Below are positions 26,246 to 42,549 of a DNA stretch of 64,000 nt, piece by piece. A program made the translations under genes and the position numbers. The DNA comes from Macrostomum lignano (Eukaryota): contig NIVC01001674.1 of the NCBI GenBank assembly GCA_002269645.1, positions 62,001-126,000 on the forward strand, in the 5' to 3' direction. Within the stretch, counting starts at the first letter, position 1; the number at the start of each line of letters is the position of its first letter. The notes under the pieces are model-generated. The model did no database searches and had not been told where the DNA came from. It was given only the letters and a program-made list of their open reading frames with translations.

Positions 26246-29200
26246 ATGACGACGCTGGAACTTCTCAGAGCGGCTCGAGACGGCCGCCTGTTCGATGTGA
26301 AGCGAAGCCTGCAATCGAGACTCTCAGTTGACTCCCTCGATGCCAGCAATCGGTCGGCACTTCACCGCGCGTCCAGCCGAGGCCACACGCTTGTGGTGCA
26401 GCTGCTGGTTGAGTCGCAGGCTCAAGTTGACAGCCAGAAGCTGGGCGGCTGGACTCCGCTGCACCTCGCCTGCCGGTACGGTCACGCCGATTCCGTCCGA
26501 CTCTTGGTGATGTCGCAAGCCAGCTCCTCTGTGCAGGACAAAGACGGCATGACGCCGATCTTTGTAGCCGCTGAATGTGGCCACGCTGATGTGGTTCGAC
26601 GCCTACTGGCAGCGGACGGCGCCGACTGCAGTCTGAGTCGGCGAGACACCGGCTGGACGCCGGCGCACGCGGCTGCCAAGTTCGGACACGCCGAGGTGCT
26701 GACGGAGCTGCCCAGACACGCCATTGCGGACCCGAACCTGCCGGACGGAGCCGGTCGGACGCCGCTTCACGTCGCTGCTCAGTTCGGTTACGTCAGCGCC
26801 GTGTCGGCCCTGATCGCGGCCGGCGCGGATCTCAATAGCAGAGACTCGACCGGCTGGTCGCCGCTGCATGCGGCAGCTTCGATGGGCCGCGTTGAAGTCG
26901 CCAAACTGCTGCTTGCCGAGGGCTGCCGGTCGGACGAGGCGGACAACAGCGGCGTAACAGCGGTCGAGGTTGCTGGCTGGTTCGGTCACGAGATCCTGGT
27001 GGACTTGCTGCTCAGTCAGCGCCTGTCTGGCTCAGCCAATGGAACTGACCACCGCGTTAACGGGCACTGCAACGCGATGCTGAGCGTGGGACATGTTCCC
27101 AGGTGACTGTCGTTTTAAAATAGGTCAATACGCTTTTATTATTACGAAGGTTGGAGCTTGTGAAAGACCAAACCCCCCCCCCTCCCCCTGACATCCTATA
27201 GTAGCCTCACAAAGTCGCACCACTGATACCAATCTCAGTTGTTCATCGCACAGAAACAATCACTGTGCACCAATCTTGAACCCATTGGCAGCGATTCGGT
27301 GCTCAGCGCCAAGCTGAATGCTTCCCTGCAAGCTGCCGGTTTTGTCTCCGATCGAGCCGCCCTGCAAGTTGCCGTCTCCGAAGTTCTGCAGAGCATTTTA
27401 CGACGCCGCTCGAATGAATATTTCACCAACATTGTAGGCAGCTACTCGGAGGGCTGGGGCAACAGCCTGACCTGCACGAGCGGCCGCACGGACCTCGACT
27501 CCGACATTGACATCACCGAGATTTTGCGGAACCGGCTGTTTCACATCCGCGGACGCTGCCGATGCAGAGTAGTAGAGTCGTCCGAGGAAACTGTCGACTA
27601 CGAAGATGGACACGTTATTTGCACTGGCGCAGGTGAGTGACGAGGATTTTGATGGACGTTTTTCAAGAAAGAAATCGAAGTCTCACAAGAAGCCGGCTTG
27701 CTATTATTCCACAAGGCTCTGGGTACGTACACCCCGAGCACACGGTTGCGTACGCAGACCGATTCCACTGACCCCTGAGCACGCTACCGCTCACACAGGG
27801 CGTGAAGCGGCATTGACCTTCAACCTCAGGTAGTGTTGCACGCTCTGTGCTGGTGATGTGCTCTGTCTGGAGACCTAGACGGTCACTTCAATTGAACACC
27901 AATTCCCCCATGACGCACTCGGACATTTCTGAATCACCGATGGCACGCAAAACTTTTGCCTTGTGTTGCTGAGTATAAATTACCCTCACTCCATGTTGTT
28001 GCATTGATTGAATTGATGCCAGGGCGGGTCAAATGCCTTTTCTAGAATTAAAAAATTTCATCTAAGATACGCAATAGGTAAAAAAAGCATTCTCGCATTA
28101 TTTCAGCATCGAACCCAGCTCAGGCCTGGGACGGTTCAGTGCTCAGACCGGCGAGCGATCGAGTCTGGGCCTTCCCCTGCTGCCGTTACCCTCCAACAGC
28201 CGTTCTCAAGAAGAATTACAAAACGCAAATCAGACTCCAAGTGCTGGATTCTTTACGCCGAGCACTGGCCACCTGCTCGTGTCACCTCGTGGCGGCGGCC
28301 CCTCCAGGCCGAGCTGGCCAGCGCCTTCGGGTCAGCACGAACTTCCTGGAGCGAAGGCTCATGCGCAGCCTGACTAGCGAGCAGGGCCAGGTGTTCGTCA
28401 TGCTCAAGTACATTATCAAACGGATCATCTCCCCGAAAATGGTCGGCTTAAAAACTTACCACGCAAAGACGCTGATATTCTACCTGTTGGACGAGACTCC
28501 GCCAGAGAATTGGCAGCCGAGCCAACTGGTGTCCTTGGTCAGAGCCGGGCTTCAAAGGCTCTGCTGCTCTATGGAAGATCAGGGCTTGCACCCGCACCGC
28601 TTCGTGCGTCACTTCTTCCTGCGGGACGCTTGGCTGCACTTGAAGTCTGGACAGGCCGAGAAACAAGCGCTAGTGAAATGCATCAGGGCTGCGATTGACC
28701 AGCTGCCCACCCTACTCAGTCAGTTCGAGTCAACTCTGCGTCCTCTACCTGCCGAGGCCGTCTTCACCTTTCACCCGTTCCTAATCATTCCAAATCTGAC
28801 GCCGAGACCCATTGCGACTTCACGGTGTCCGGCATATCACGAGCGTACGACACGGTGAGAGCACTATTTTCAATGCTCGCTGACCACGGAGTTTCAGCTG
28901 AGTTCTGGGAGCTGATCAAGAGTCTGCCGAACAGTGCCAAGACAGCCCGGCTTTGCCTGACCGCTCTGGCTTTACTGAAGATTGGCAGAAACAACTCTGC
29001 CATTAAAACGCTGATGCAATTTTGCGACACTCAGAATGTTTACCGAGTGTCAAACGGTGCGCCGAGGTCGGCCCGTTCAGCTGCCGAAGTTTGGCGACAC
29101 CTTGAAACCAGCGACAACGCTTGGAAGTTTTGCTTCCGCTATAGCGAAAGACCCAATCTAAGTGGTTTCCTGCCAGACACAGTTGCCAGCCACTTTCCTG

Positions 29201-29547
29201 TCGTCATTGGGTACAACGAATGGTTCTACATCAACTTTATGGCACTAGCGAGATGTCTGTGTCTCCAGCTGAACATTGTCAGCGAGTCACTGGCTATGAA
29301 ATGGTTCAAGCAGTATCTACAGCAGGATGACAGTGATGTTCAAGAACTGCTTCTGGTGCTTCAGTTCTGTCAGGATAAAGATCTGCTCATGCAGCTTATG
29401 CACTGCCACAGGACCGTGATCTGCCGTTTCGAGGAGACCGTTGCTATGGTGGTGAAGCTGATGAAGACGCCTTCTGTAACATCCTTTGTCGAACAAATTG
29501 ATGTTCGTCAGTCTGTGGGACGAGTGTTCGTCAGTCTGCGATCTTGA
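26246..29547 (+). CDS. Ankyrin-repeat + Mab-21/cGAS-like nucleotidyltransferase (cGLR-like); frameshifted at about 28844
   Basis: Exon 1 26246-27102 has ~7 ANK repeats (TPLH motifs) and donor AG|GTGACT. Exon 2 (start uncertain, 27292 fits the phase) to 27632 has VGSYSEG and SDID. Exon 3 from 28107 (TTTCAG acceptor, phase matches) has DRVWAFPC, HLVAA, RVSTNFLE, LKYIIK, KTYHAKT and HFFL, all Mab-21 motifs. The frame jumps at CACGAGCGTACGAC. Confidence 0.85.
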
Positions 29548-29850
29548 AGTTTTTTCAAAGTGTCAATAAACTTGTAACATGGAGTTGTCCATGCTGTTTC
29601 ACATTTCTCTGTTGTTTGTAAATCTCTAATGATTTTTGGAAAATCATCGCATTCCACTTGCAAAATTATATATTCAAATGCATATGCTACTACTCTTAAT
29701 GATAAGAATAGTAGCATAATCTTATAATGCCACTATAATGTTAAAAAGAAAATATACTTAAAAATGTTTTTATTAGTTGCTTTGCTTTCTCTGAATCACG
29801 GTCTATTTTAGATCGCAAAACAAGTTGAAAGCGTAAATAGCTAGAAAAAA

Positions 29851-30449
<599 letters not shown>

Positions 30450-31257
30450 ATAAATAGGGATGGAGAGAGACGGAGAGGATAACGAGCGAGAGGGAGAGAA
30501 GAGAGAGGGAGAGAGAGGGAAATAAGAGAGGGAGATGGAGAGGGAGATAAGAGAGGAAAAGAATAGAGGGAGAAGGAGAAGGAGAGGGAGAGAGGTAGAA
30601 GTGGATGATAGGGTCAGCTGATAGAGAGTTTCCCAGCAGGCGAGATCCTGGTTTTCAAAGGGAGGGCTGTAAAAGTCAGTACAGCAAGAGCGCTCCAATC
30701 CGCTACCCCCAAGCCACGTGATGCCAGCCAGCAGTGGAGTGGGCAGATGTTTACAACCCAGTAATCCATAATTTTATTGAGCCTGGCAATTTTTATTGTT
30801 GTTAGGCCAAAGGCTTTCAATGAAGTTTCATTGTGAGCCTCACCCACGCTTTCCGTTCCAACAGAGAAAATGCCTATGCAGAGCTTGAGTAGCCCAGCCT
30901 CAGTTCTACCCTCAAACCCCCACCCCATACTTCACATATTTTTGCTTGCTCAGCCTGGGTCAGCATCGGCAGATGAGTACAGCATGCCTGCTCTCACGGA
31001 TTCACAGTACTACAAGTCATAGCGACTCCGGGGGAGGGCGTCACAGAACCCCGCATTGTCCATTAGTTGTACGCCAACTTGAGTCTATTTTTAGAACTTT
31101 TCTTTCCAACACTATTGACTTCGCTTTCCCTTGGTCATGGAGCTCTGAGGGTACCTATCTGGAGCTGGAGGAGGTGTGGCCTTTCTTTTGCCGACTTTTG
31201 CCACCTATAGGGCGTGGCATCCAACGCCCATGCAGACAGGGATTAGGACGTCAAATA

Positions 31258-31435
31258 AGAGACAGGATCACCCACCGAGAGACAGGGGCAACCCACCAAG
31301 AGACAGGGGTGACCACCAAGAGTCAGGGGTGACCACCAAGAGACAGGGGTGACCACCAAGAGACAGGGGTGACCACCAAGAGTCAGGGGTGACCACCAAG
31401 AGACAGGGACAACCCACCAAGAGACAGGGGCGCCA
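31258..31435. repeat. 20-21-bp minisatellite (GAGACAGGGGTGACCACCAA)
   Basis: GACAGG/GTCAGG recurs every 20-21 bp from 31261 to 31423. Confidence 0.9.
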
Positions 31436-31896
31436 ACCAAATGGCTCGAAGACACCAAATATTGAAGACAGTCTTAGGGGCTGCTGTCCCCTCCCATAAA
31501 AAAATCCAGAGCACGCCGCTTCGGCCCCATACTACTTACTACCCACCAATCTGTGCATTCTGTTGTTATTATCGTTGCAGACAATGAGCAGAGAAATAAG
31601 CTAAGGCCACTCGGTTTCCACTCCAGATTGAATGATCTGAATCACCCTGCCCTGCGGAGCCCCCCTGGCCTCTCAGGTAAGAGTTTCTATTTGTTGACAG
31701 GCTTGGAGCGTATCCATGGGCGTTGAGTTGCATCGCTCAGAGTCCCAACCCCCCCTCCTCGTGACGCATCGCGCACACCAATTTATTTATTAAGCTCAGT
31801 CTAGAGGCGAAATTTCTGCTCCAAGCTTTTGGCATCATTTTTGACATTTGACACTGCAGAAGAAGAAAAACCAGCAAGAAGCAAAGCATTAGAAAC

Positions 31897-35755
<3,859 letters not shown>

Positions 35756-37290
35756 AACGCAAATAAAAATGGAATATGGAGGACTAAATAAGCAACATCG
35801 GTTCAATTTCGATTTCAAAAATAGCAGCAGACTAAGTTGCTGTGTGCCAACTTGGTAGACAAATGACAAAAAATTCATGTAATGGCGTGGGCTCACAGCT
35901 TCTTCATAAGTTATTAACAGCTTATTCCTTTAAATTTTCTTGGACACATTATAAACCAATCGTTTATCATGCATAGCCCACCTGGGTGGTTATAATATGT
36001 TTCAATACAGTTTTTATTGCAAACCCGAAGGACATTCTTTTTTATAATCATTGTTATTGAAAACTATAATTTGCGTCCAGGTGGGAAATTACGAGTAATC
36101 AGTTTTAACAAAAATAAATATATACTTTTCTCTGAACTAAACAGCAATTAAAATTTAAACAATCTGGTGTATTAAATACGCTGAATTTATAAAATTAAAA
36201 ATATCAATGCGATCGAATTTCCGGCTCTGGCGCAAATTTAAATTAATTAAATATTGTTCTGATCGTTAATGAGTTCTACACGTTTAAACACAGCTAATGT
36301 ACCGCCTGCAACCGCCAAATTTATTTATTTTCGATCAGATTTGATGTCAGATCAAATTTGCATGACGTTAAAGCCAGTTTTTTACTGGTCGACCGAATAC
36401 TTTGGTAAATTACGCATTCTCGTTCCTGTCTCAGAGAGCTATCGACATCGGCTGTGGCCTTTTCGCCTAGTTCTTGGATAAGCCGTGTAGGTCAGCTTTT
36501 TGGAACGTAGAGAGAGAATTTGAATCTGCCATATCAGACCCACAAATATATCTATTTTATTACATTCCATAATCAAATCTAATAAACGACTGAGCACAAG
36601 GCATTTCAAAAAAACCCCAACATATTTATTACATGTCGATCAAAAAGCGTATGAAGAGCATTCTCGACGTTTGTTTAAACGTTAAGAAATATACTGTCAC
36701 TTTTGAAACAATTTAAACCAAAAAACTTGGAACATTTGTTAAATTTCTGAGTTTATCATTGCACTTCATCATATGCTCTTATTTTTTGGCACGTCTGACA
36801 TTTTTAATCTCTGAAATTTTGACATGTCAGAACATTTTTGGCATGTTCGACATTTTGGCCACATGCAGAAAAGGCTCTGCTTTATCTGCAGTCTTCTCAC
36901 TTCCTCGACAATTGCTCCTCTTCTACCTCAATCCTCAATAACATAAAACCCAATCAAACAGAATTTTATGTTGCAGTTGCTAATCCAGTGGCCGGGTTAG
37001 AATTGGTTTTCTTCCACTCATCTTTTTTGCGTACAACAAAACGAACGATCGCATTGTGCGCATGTCCCACCCACTGCCAAGCCTCTCTGTGAGTTGCCGT
37101 TGCTTAGGAAACGGCAGATCCAGTGAGTAGCGGACTGGAGCGGATCTCTGTATTGAAAAAACCACGGCAGTGCATTTGCTGAAATTCGGCAGTGCACTGT
37201 TACTGCGGCTGCTCACATGCGCTCGTGCAATGGCAGCTTTTTTTATTGCATTCGCCATCTGCACATGGGCCATCCAGCCTCCTGCCAGAA

Positions 37291-37536
<246 letters not shown>

Positions 37537-37539
37537 TGT

Positions 37540-38130
37540 ACTCCTGCGTCTATATCGTACATGGAAGTGTTTCTGTGAATCAGTATGCCTTCTGCTGCCG
37601 TCCTGTCCTTGTCTATGTTGCCATTGTTTTGATAGTTCGAAGATCCTCTGATAATCTTCTTAATTGGCAGATTAAACTGCAGATTCAGCCCTTCCATGAT
37701 TTGGTTGCATGATTGCTGCACATTTTTGCAATGCTGTTGGCAATTCTTGGAAGGTGGATTCGTGGACCTTATTGAAGGCCTTTCGTACTCCTCATTCCAG
37801 CTAAATGAATTCTTTGAGCGTAAAGAGGTCTTAGCGTTGAGGTACATTCCGCGATCGAGTCTGTGAATGGTCTGTCTGATTCACTAAGCCCATGAATGCG
37901 CGTAACTCTGTAATATTAGACAGCTCTGGAAATTGAGCAATGTCTGCTGTCATGCCAGGGATTACCAGATAACTGTTTCGTGATAGCAAAAATACGCGAA
38001 CGTGGCATTTTCTCGACGAAGACAAGAAATATGAACTTCTTTATATTCAATGCAATTCCTCTCTCGTCACAATGATTAAGTTCACGAACAGCCTGAATGT
38101 TGGCTGTAGGGGCGTCGACCCCAGGTAGCT
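37540..38130 (-). pseudogene. Degenerate Ty3/Gypsy RT-RNase H remnant
   Basis: Broken frames give [40 protein letters not shown] and GSRRHTD, matching the RT thumb/connection and RNase H start of Gypsy pol; contains stops. Confidence 0.65.
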
Positions 38131-38839
38131 TGTCGGGGAATTGGACTGGCGACTCCGGGGAGAAAAAAAATGCCATTAAAAAAGAAAATGATTCACAGAA
38201 AGCTGATTGAAACTCTGTCTATGCTTTTTTACCGCATCACTGCTTATTTCAATGTATAATTTCAAACGCAACACACGTTTGGATGTTTTTCTTCACTATG
38301 AGTCTTTCAATCAAGCCAATTGCACCTAGAAACCCGTCAGGAAAAAAAGCCTAACTGACTATTGTGTTGGTCTGCGTTGACGGCTTGATGCATTTGACGC
38401 AGGCACAGCGCTGGTCCTGCGTCAGTCACTGACGCATAGCGGGGTGTCATTCAGTCACTAAATGCTCCCTATTAGACAAGGATAAAATGGTGATTTTAAG
38501 AAATAAAATCTGCAAGAAATAAAAATTCCGATTATAAAAACAGTCTCATTCATGAATTATCCTCCGATCCTCGTCCAAAGCTTAAATCAGAGTTTAAAAA
38601 AGCCACTTAAAATCTAAGTTATCCTCTGTTTTTACTTATTTTTTCTTGATGACAGTCAAGAAGCCGGGGAATGACAGTAAATTTCCCCGGGGTCCCCGAT
38701 AAGAAAATCCCCCGTGGAATCGACATCCCTAGTTGGCTGTGATAGTCACACTTATGCAGTCGTTCACAATGTAGCGAGTATCTTTCAAACCTTGCAGAAC
38801 AATTTCCAGTCTCCTGTTGTAATATTAAGAAATAGAGCG

Positions 38840-39060
38840 CCATGCTAGGAGGCGCCATTCGAAAACTATCGACCATAGAGAGTAATAAACTGCAGCCAGT
38901 TGAGCCAGTGAAACACGTCCAAGTTGCCACCTTCTATATTCGAGATCGGCGAATGGGTGCTCGTGAGGCGGCCCTTTGCTCGTGGCAAACTAAGCAGCCG
39001 CCTGTCCGAGCCCCATGTGATTTTGAGAATTACGAGCGCCCACCACCGTGATCCTCAGCC
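38840..39060 (+). pseudogene. Degenerate Gypsy integrase C-terminal remnant
   Basis: IRKLSTIESNKL and FEIGEWVLVRRP..KLSSRLSEP resemble the GPY/F-proximal integrase tail; frameshifted. Confidence 0.5.
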
Positions 39061-39449
39061 ACGACTCCTGCTGACATGTCGACAACTGCGTGCCGTTACA
39101 TGTCCTCTGCCCACGGAAGCGGCAGAGGACACAGAGCCTTTGCAGCCTTAGCAACGTGGGAACACAATAACCGGGCGCTCCTGCACTGGTATGATGGTAT
39201 AAATGAGCCACAATGAGTCAACAAACTGAGAATAATGAACGCTTAGAAATTTATCAGTTGCGGACTTAATTGATGCTATAATTATGGTGCTGCCAGTATT
39301 GTTTGAGTTTTTTTTATACAAGTGGTTGCGTAAATTTTATTTCATTTACTTCTCAAGCAGTAATCGAATTTCGTTTTCGTTTTTTATTTTTTTGTATCGA
39401 GTTGGTCAGACAATTGGTAGTGAATTGTTTTATTGTTTTGATGATACCA

Positions 39450-39760
39450 GCAAGCCTTTCGAACTGGACCTCCTATCGAAAGTGCGCTGCATGCAATTGT
39501 CCACAAGCTGGAGCGCGGCGTGCTCGTCAGTGGATACGCGCTCTCGCTCTTTCTCAATCGACATTGATGGTAACCTTCGATAATGTGCTTCTTGAAGCCC
39601 TGGAATTGCCATCTCGCACCTCCTCGGACACTCCGAGGTGGAGTCCTCTCCCAATCCTCTGAAGATTCGTCATGAACGATTCGCTCAGCAGTCCGTATCC
39701 GGAGTCGGTGCAGAAGATAGGCTTATGCGGACGATGTCACGTCACTGTGGCTGGACCATC
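39450..39760 (+). pseudogene. Degenerate non-LTR retrotransposon reverse transcriptase fragment
   Basis: Across frameshifts: AFRTG..ESALHAIV..LE, LFL/DIDG, GGVLS/PIL and AYADDV, the LINE RT motifs in correct order. Confidence 0.7.
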
Positions 39761-40485
39761 GATCACCCGCGGTCCTACGAGACCCCCGATCCAAGCCTTC
39801 ATCCACCGGACCAAACGCTGTGCACACAGTTGCACTCACGTTCTCTGAGTTTAAAACCATGGCTAAAGAAAATTTATATGGCAGCTTTGTTAAAACTCGT
39901 AAATGAATGCGACGTTCCGAAACTTTATTTTTTCATAAGTTTAACAACCATTTAAAAATTCAAGGCATCTGAGTTTAATTACGTCCAGTAAGAGTCCACA
40001 TATAAATTGAAGTTTTAATGTAAACACGAATTGTGGCCCGAGGAACCGCCCGTCTTAATGGACAACGGGTTCGAAATAGTCTAGACCCTGGTTTTGTTAT
40101 AGAAAATTGGGCACTCTTTGAATATAGTTAGTAGCTATTGTGGTAGGACGGGGCTACCAACTGTGAAATTCTGGTACTACCGTACGTTCCTGACATTGTG
40201 TGTGTCACTCTCCCCCGCCTCCTTCCTTCGATGACGAAATCTGTCGTCATCGCCCGCTCCCGTGTTTGACCCTTCCGGTGGCCTCTCTGGTCCTTCCCCT
40301 GGCCCAACTCCTGCCCCCACCGTTGGTCCCATTTTGGTATTAACTTTGTTTTAATTCTTTTTTTGGCTGTTTTTCGTGCGTTGACCCAACCCGGGAATCC
40401 CATCCACCGGTTGCCCCACCGGTTTACCCACCATGTGCCCACACCCCAATTAAGCGTTCGATTTTTGCTCACTATATTATGCCAA

Positions 40486-40798
40486 CCCGCATAGCAAAAT
40501 TACGTAATCCAATAGAAAGTGCGACGTCTCGGATACGTAACTTTTTGTTTGCAGGAACGTCCTTGATACGGATCCAATTTTTATGATCCTCTAAAGAAGC
40601 TGGTTTCTACCAAAATGGTGGAATAAATAATCAATAAAATTACAAGCATTATCTGTTCACCGTTTTTGTAGAAACGATAGAGCTTCTTTAGAGGATCATA
40701 AAAATTGGATACGTATCAAGGAGTCGTTCCTGCAACCAAAAAAGTTACGTATTGGAGACGTCCCACTTTCTATTGGATACGCAATTTTGCTATGCGGG
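40486..40798. mobile_element. Foldback MITE (313 bp)
   Basis: Arms CCCGCATAGCAAAATT...AATTTTGCTATGCGGG pair over about 130 bp each; CAA flanks both ends. Confidence 0.8.
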
Positions 40799-42525
40799 CA
40801 ATTTTTGCGTGTCCTGTCATCTTTAAAAATACCCACCCCTTTCCTTGCTTTTACCTGTTCGTCTCTGTTCCTGTTTGCTTATTTTGACAACCAATTACTA
40901 GTTTATTCCTTGAAGACTTTTAGTTTTCCTCTGTTTCAATCGCTATAATCGCTAATAAATGAATAATAATTTTCCTGCGTTAATTTAGTTAATATCCAGC
41001 GTGACCAGTAAACTCTGTACCAGTACATGTATTTATTTTCATTAACTAATCGAAGCAGCCCATAGCATTATCTTGAGTCATTTGCCCGTGGGGCGTAAAA
41101 TCCAATTAATCGCAACTCCAAACGAGCTCTGAGAAATCAACGTTTACTCTACACTGTTAGTAAGCAACTAAGCAAATCGACGTACATTAAATCGATGGTG
41201 TCTAAGGACCCAATTGGTCCTCGGACCGTGCCTAACGAAGACCGCTCGACTACGACAACGACTATCCTCCCCCCGAATCTGAGGACCGCGGCAAACGGAG
41301 TATTCAGGAGAAAACCCGTTGAGATTCGACTTCGCGATTTTCCGGATTCATTCGTGCGAACTCAACACCGGCGGCATTTCAAATTTACCAATCGGCCCAA
41401 TTTCTAAAATACCTAAGGGTAATGAGGTCAGGGGGGGGTTTGAAAGATAGTTCTGGAGCCGTGGGGTTTTGACTCGTTCTTTCCAGCCGTTTGAATCGGT
41501 GCGCTTCGACGCTTCAAACAAAACTTAAACGAAAACCTCGGCTTGCAAATGACGGGAGCTCCGCTGCTGAGTTCCTCAAGCTCAGGGGGAGGGTAGCTGT
41601 GGTCGCGGCTGAGCGGTCTAGTTTTGCCGACGTTCAGGATGCCGAATGCAGATCTTTGTAGCCGAATTGGGGGCTTCAAAATAAGCTAAATTTATCGAGA
41701 GTCTTACTAATAGTAGTAGGTCGCTGCCACCACCGCGATTGTACGCGGGAAAAGCTTTAAAGCTTCTGACTAGCTTGAGTTTCGCTCTAGCGCTTCTCTG
41801 TAGGGTCAATATAAATGCTTCCGAGGTCACGAAGGCTAAGACACCGTTTCACACACAATTATTAATGGGGCCGAAATAAATTGTGGCCAGGTAGCTGAGT
41901 AGCACTTATTATTATTATCGGCTGTTGCACGCACTATAAGCAATGTACTATGATGATAATTATTAGCTTAGATTAGTTGGTCGGGTGAGGAGCTGGTCGG
42001 GTCGGGATGCTGCTGGGCTTACAATTAGGGGCCGCTCGTAATGGGCTGTAAATAGAGTCAAGGAAGGCGGGCGATTCCACGGAGTTCGGGCACGGGCCAC
42101 GAGAGTCTGGCTGGGAAAGGCGGGGCGCAGACTCTTAAAATTAAATTAGGCTCTCAGGAACCACCGGGAGGAAGCGGGTTACCCCGAATGGGAAGAGAGT
42201 TGTACACGCAAAGGAAAAGATCGGGTACACCGGGTGGTGACGAAAATAGCACCGGGTGGACCCCAGGGAAAAGCACGGAAAAACAAAACTTAGCCAGGGG
42301 GTGGGAAGGAAAGTTACATTGAGTGTCACAGATTTCCACGCCGGGAATGACGGTTCATTGAGTCATCCAGCCGGTGGATTACGCGTAGTGGGAGGCCGTG
42401 CCCGTAATGTATCTTCATATCTGTTTTAAAAGTAATCATAACTTTGTACTTATTTCACATTGTGCATTATTTGTATTTGTATTCTATTTATATTTTACTG
42501 TACTTTTTACTGTACGTATTTATAT

Positions 42526-42549
42526 CAAGGACGACTTAAGTAGTCCTTG
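42526..42549. mobile_element. 24-bp transposon-end remnant (footprint) with 8-bp TSD
   Basis: CAAGGACGACTTAAGTAGTCCTTG flanked on both sides by ATTTATAT; same termini as the 32888-33519 element. Confidence 0.75.

Noticed and set aside
40100-42420. Additional intact LTR elements (purine tracts followed by TG at about 40210 minus and about 42325 plus)
   Set aside because: No paired LTRs, TSDs or coding domains found; at best these are unassignable remnants.
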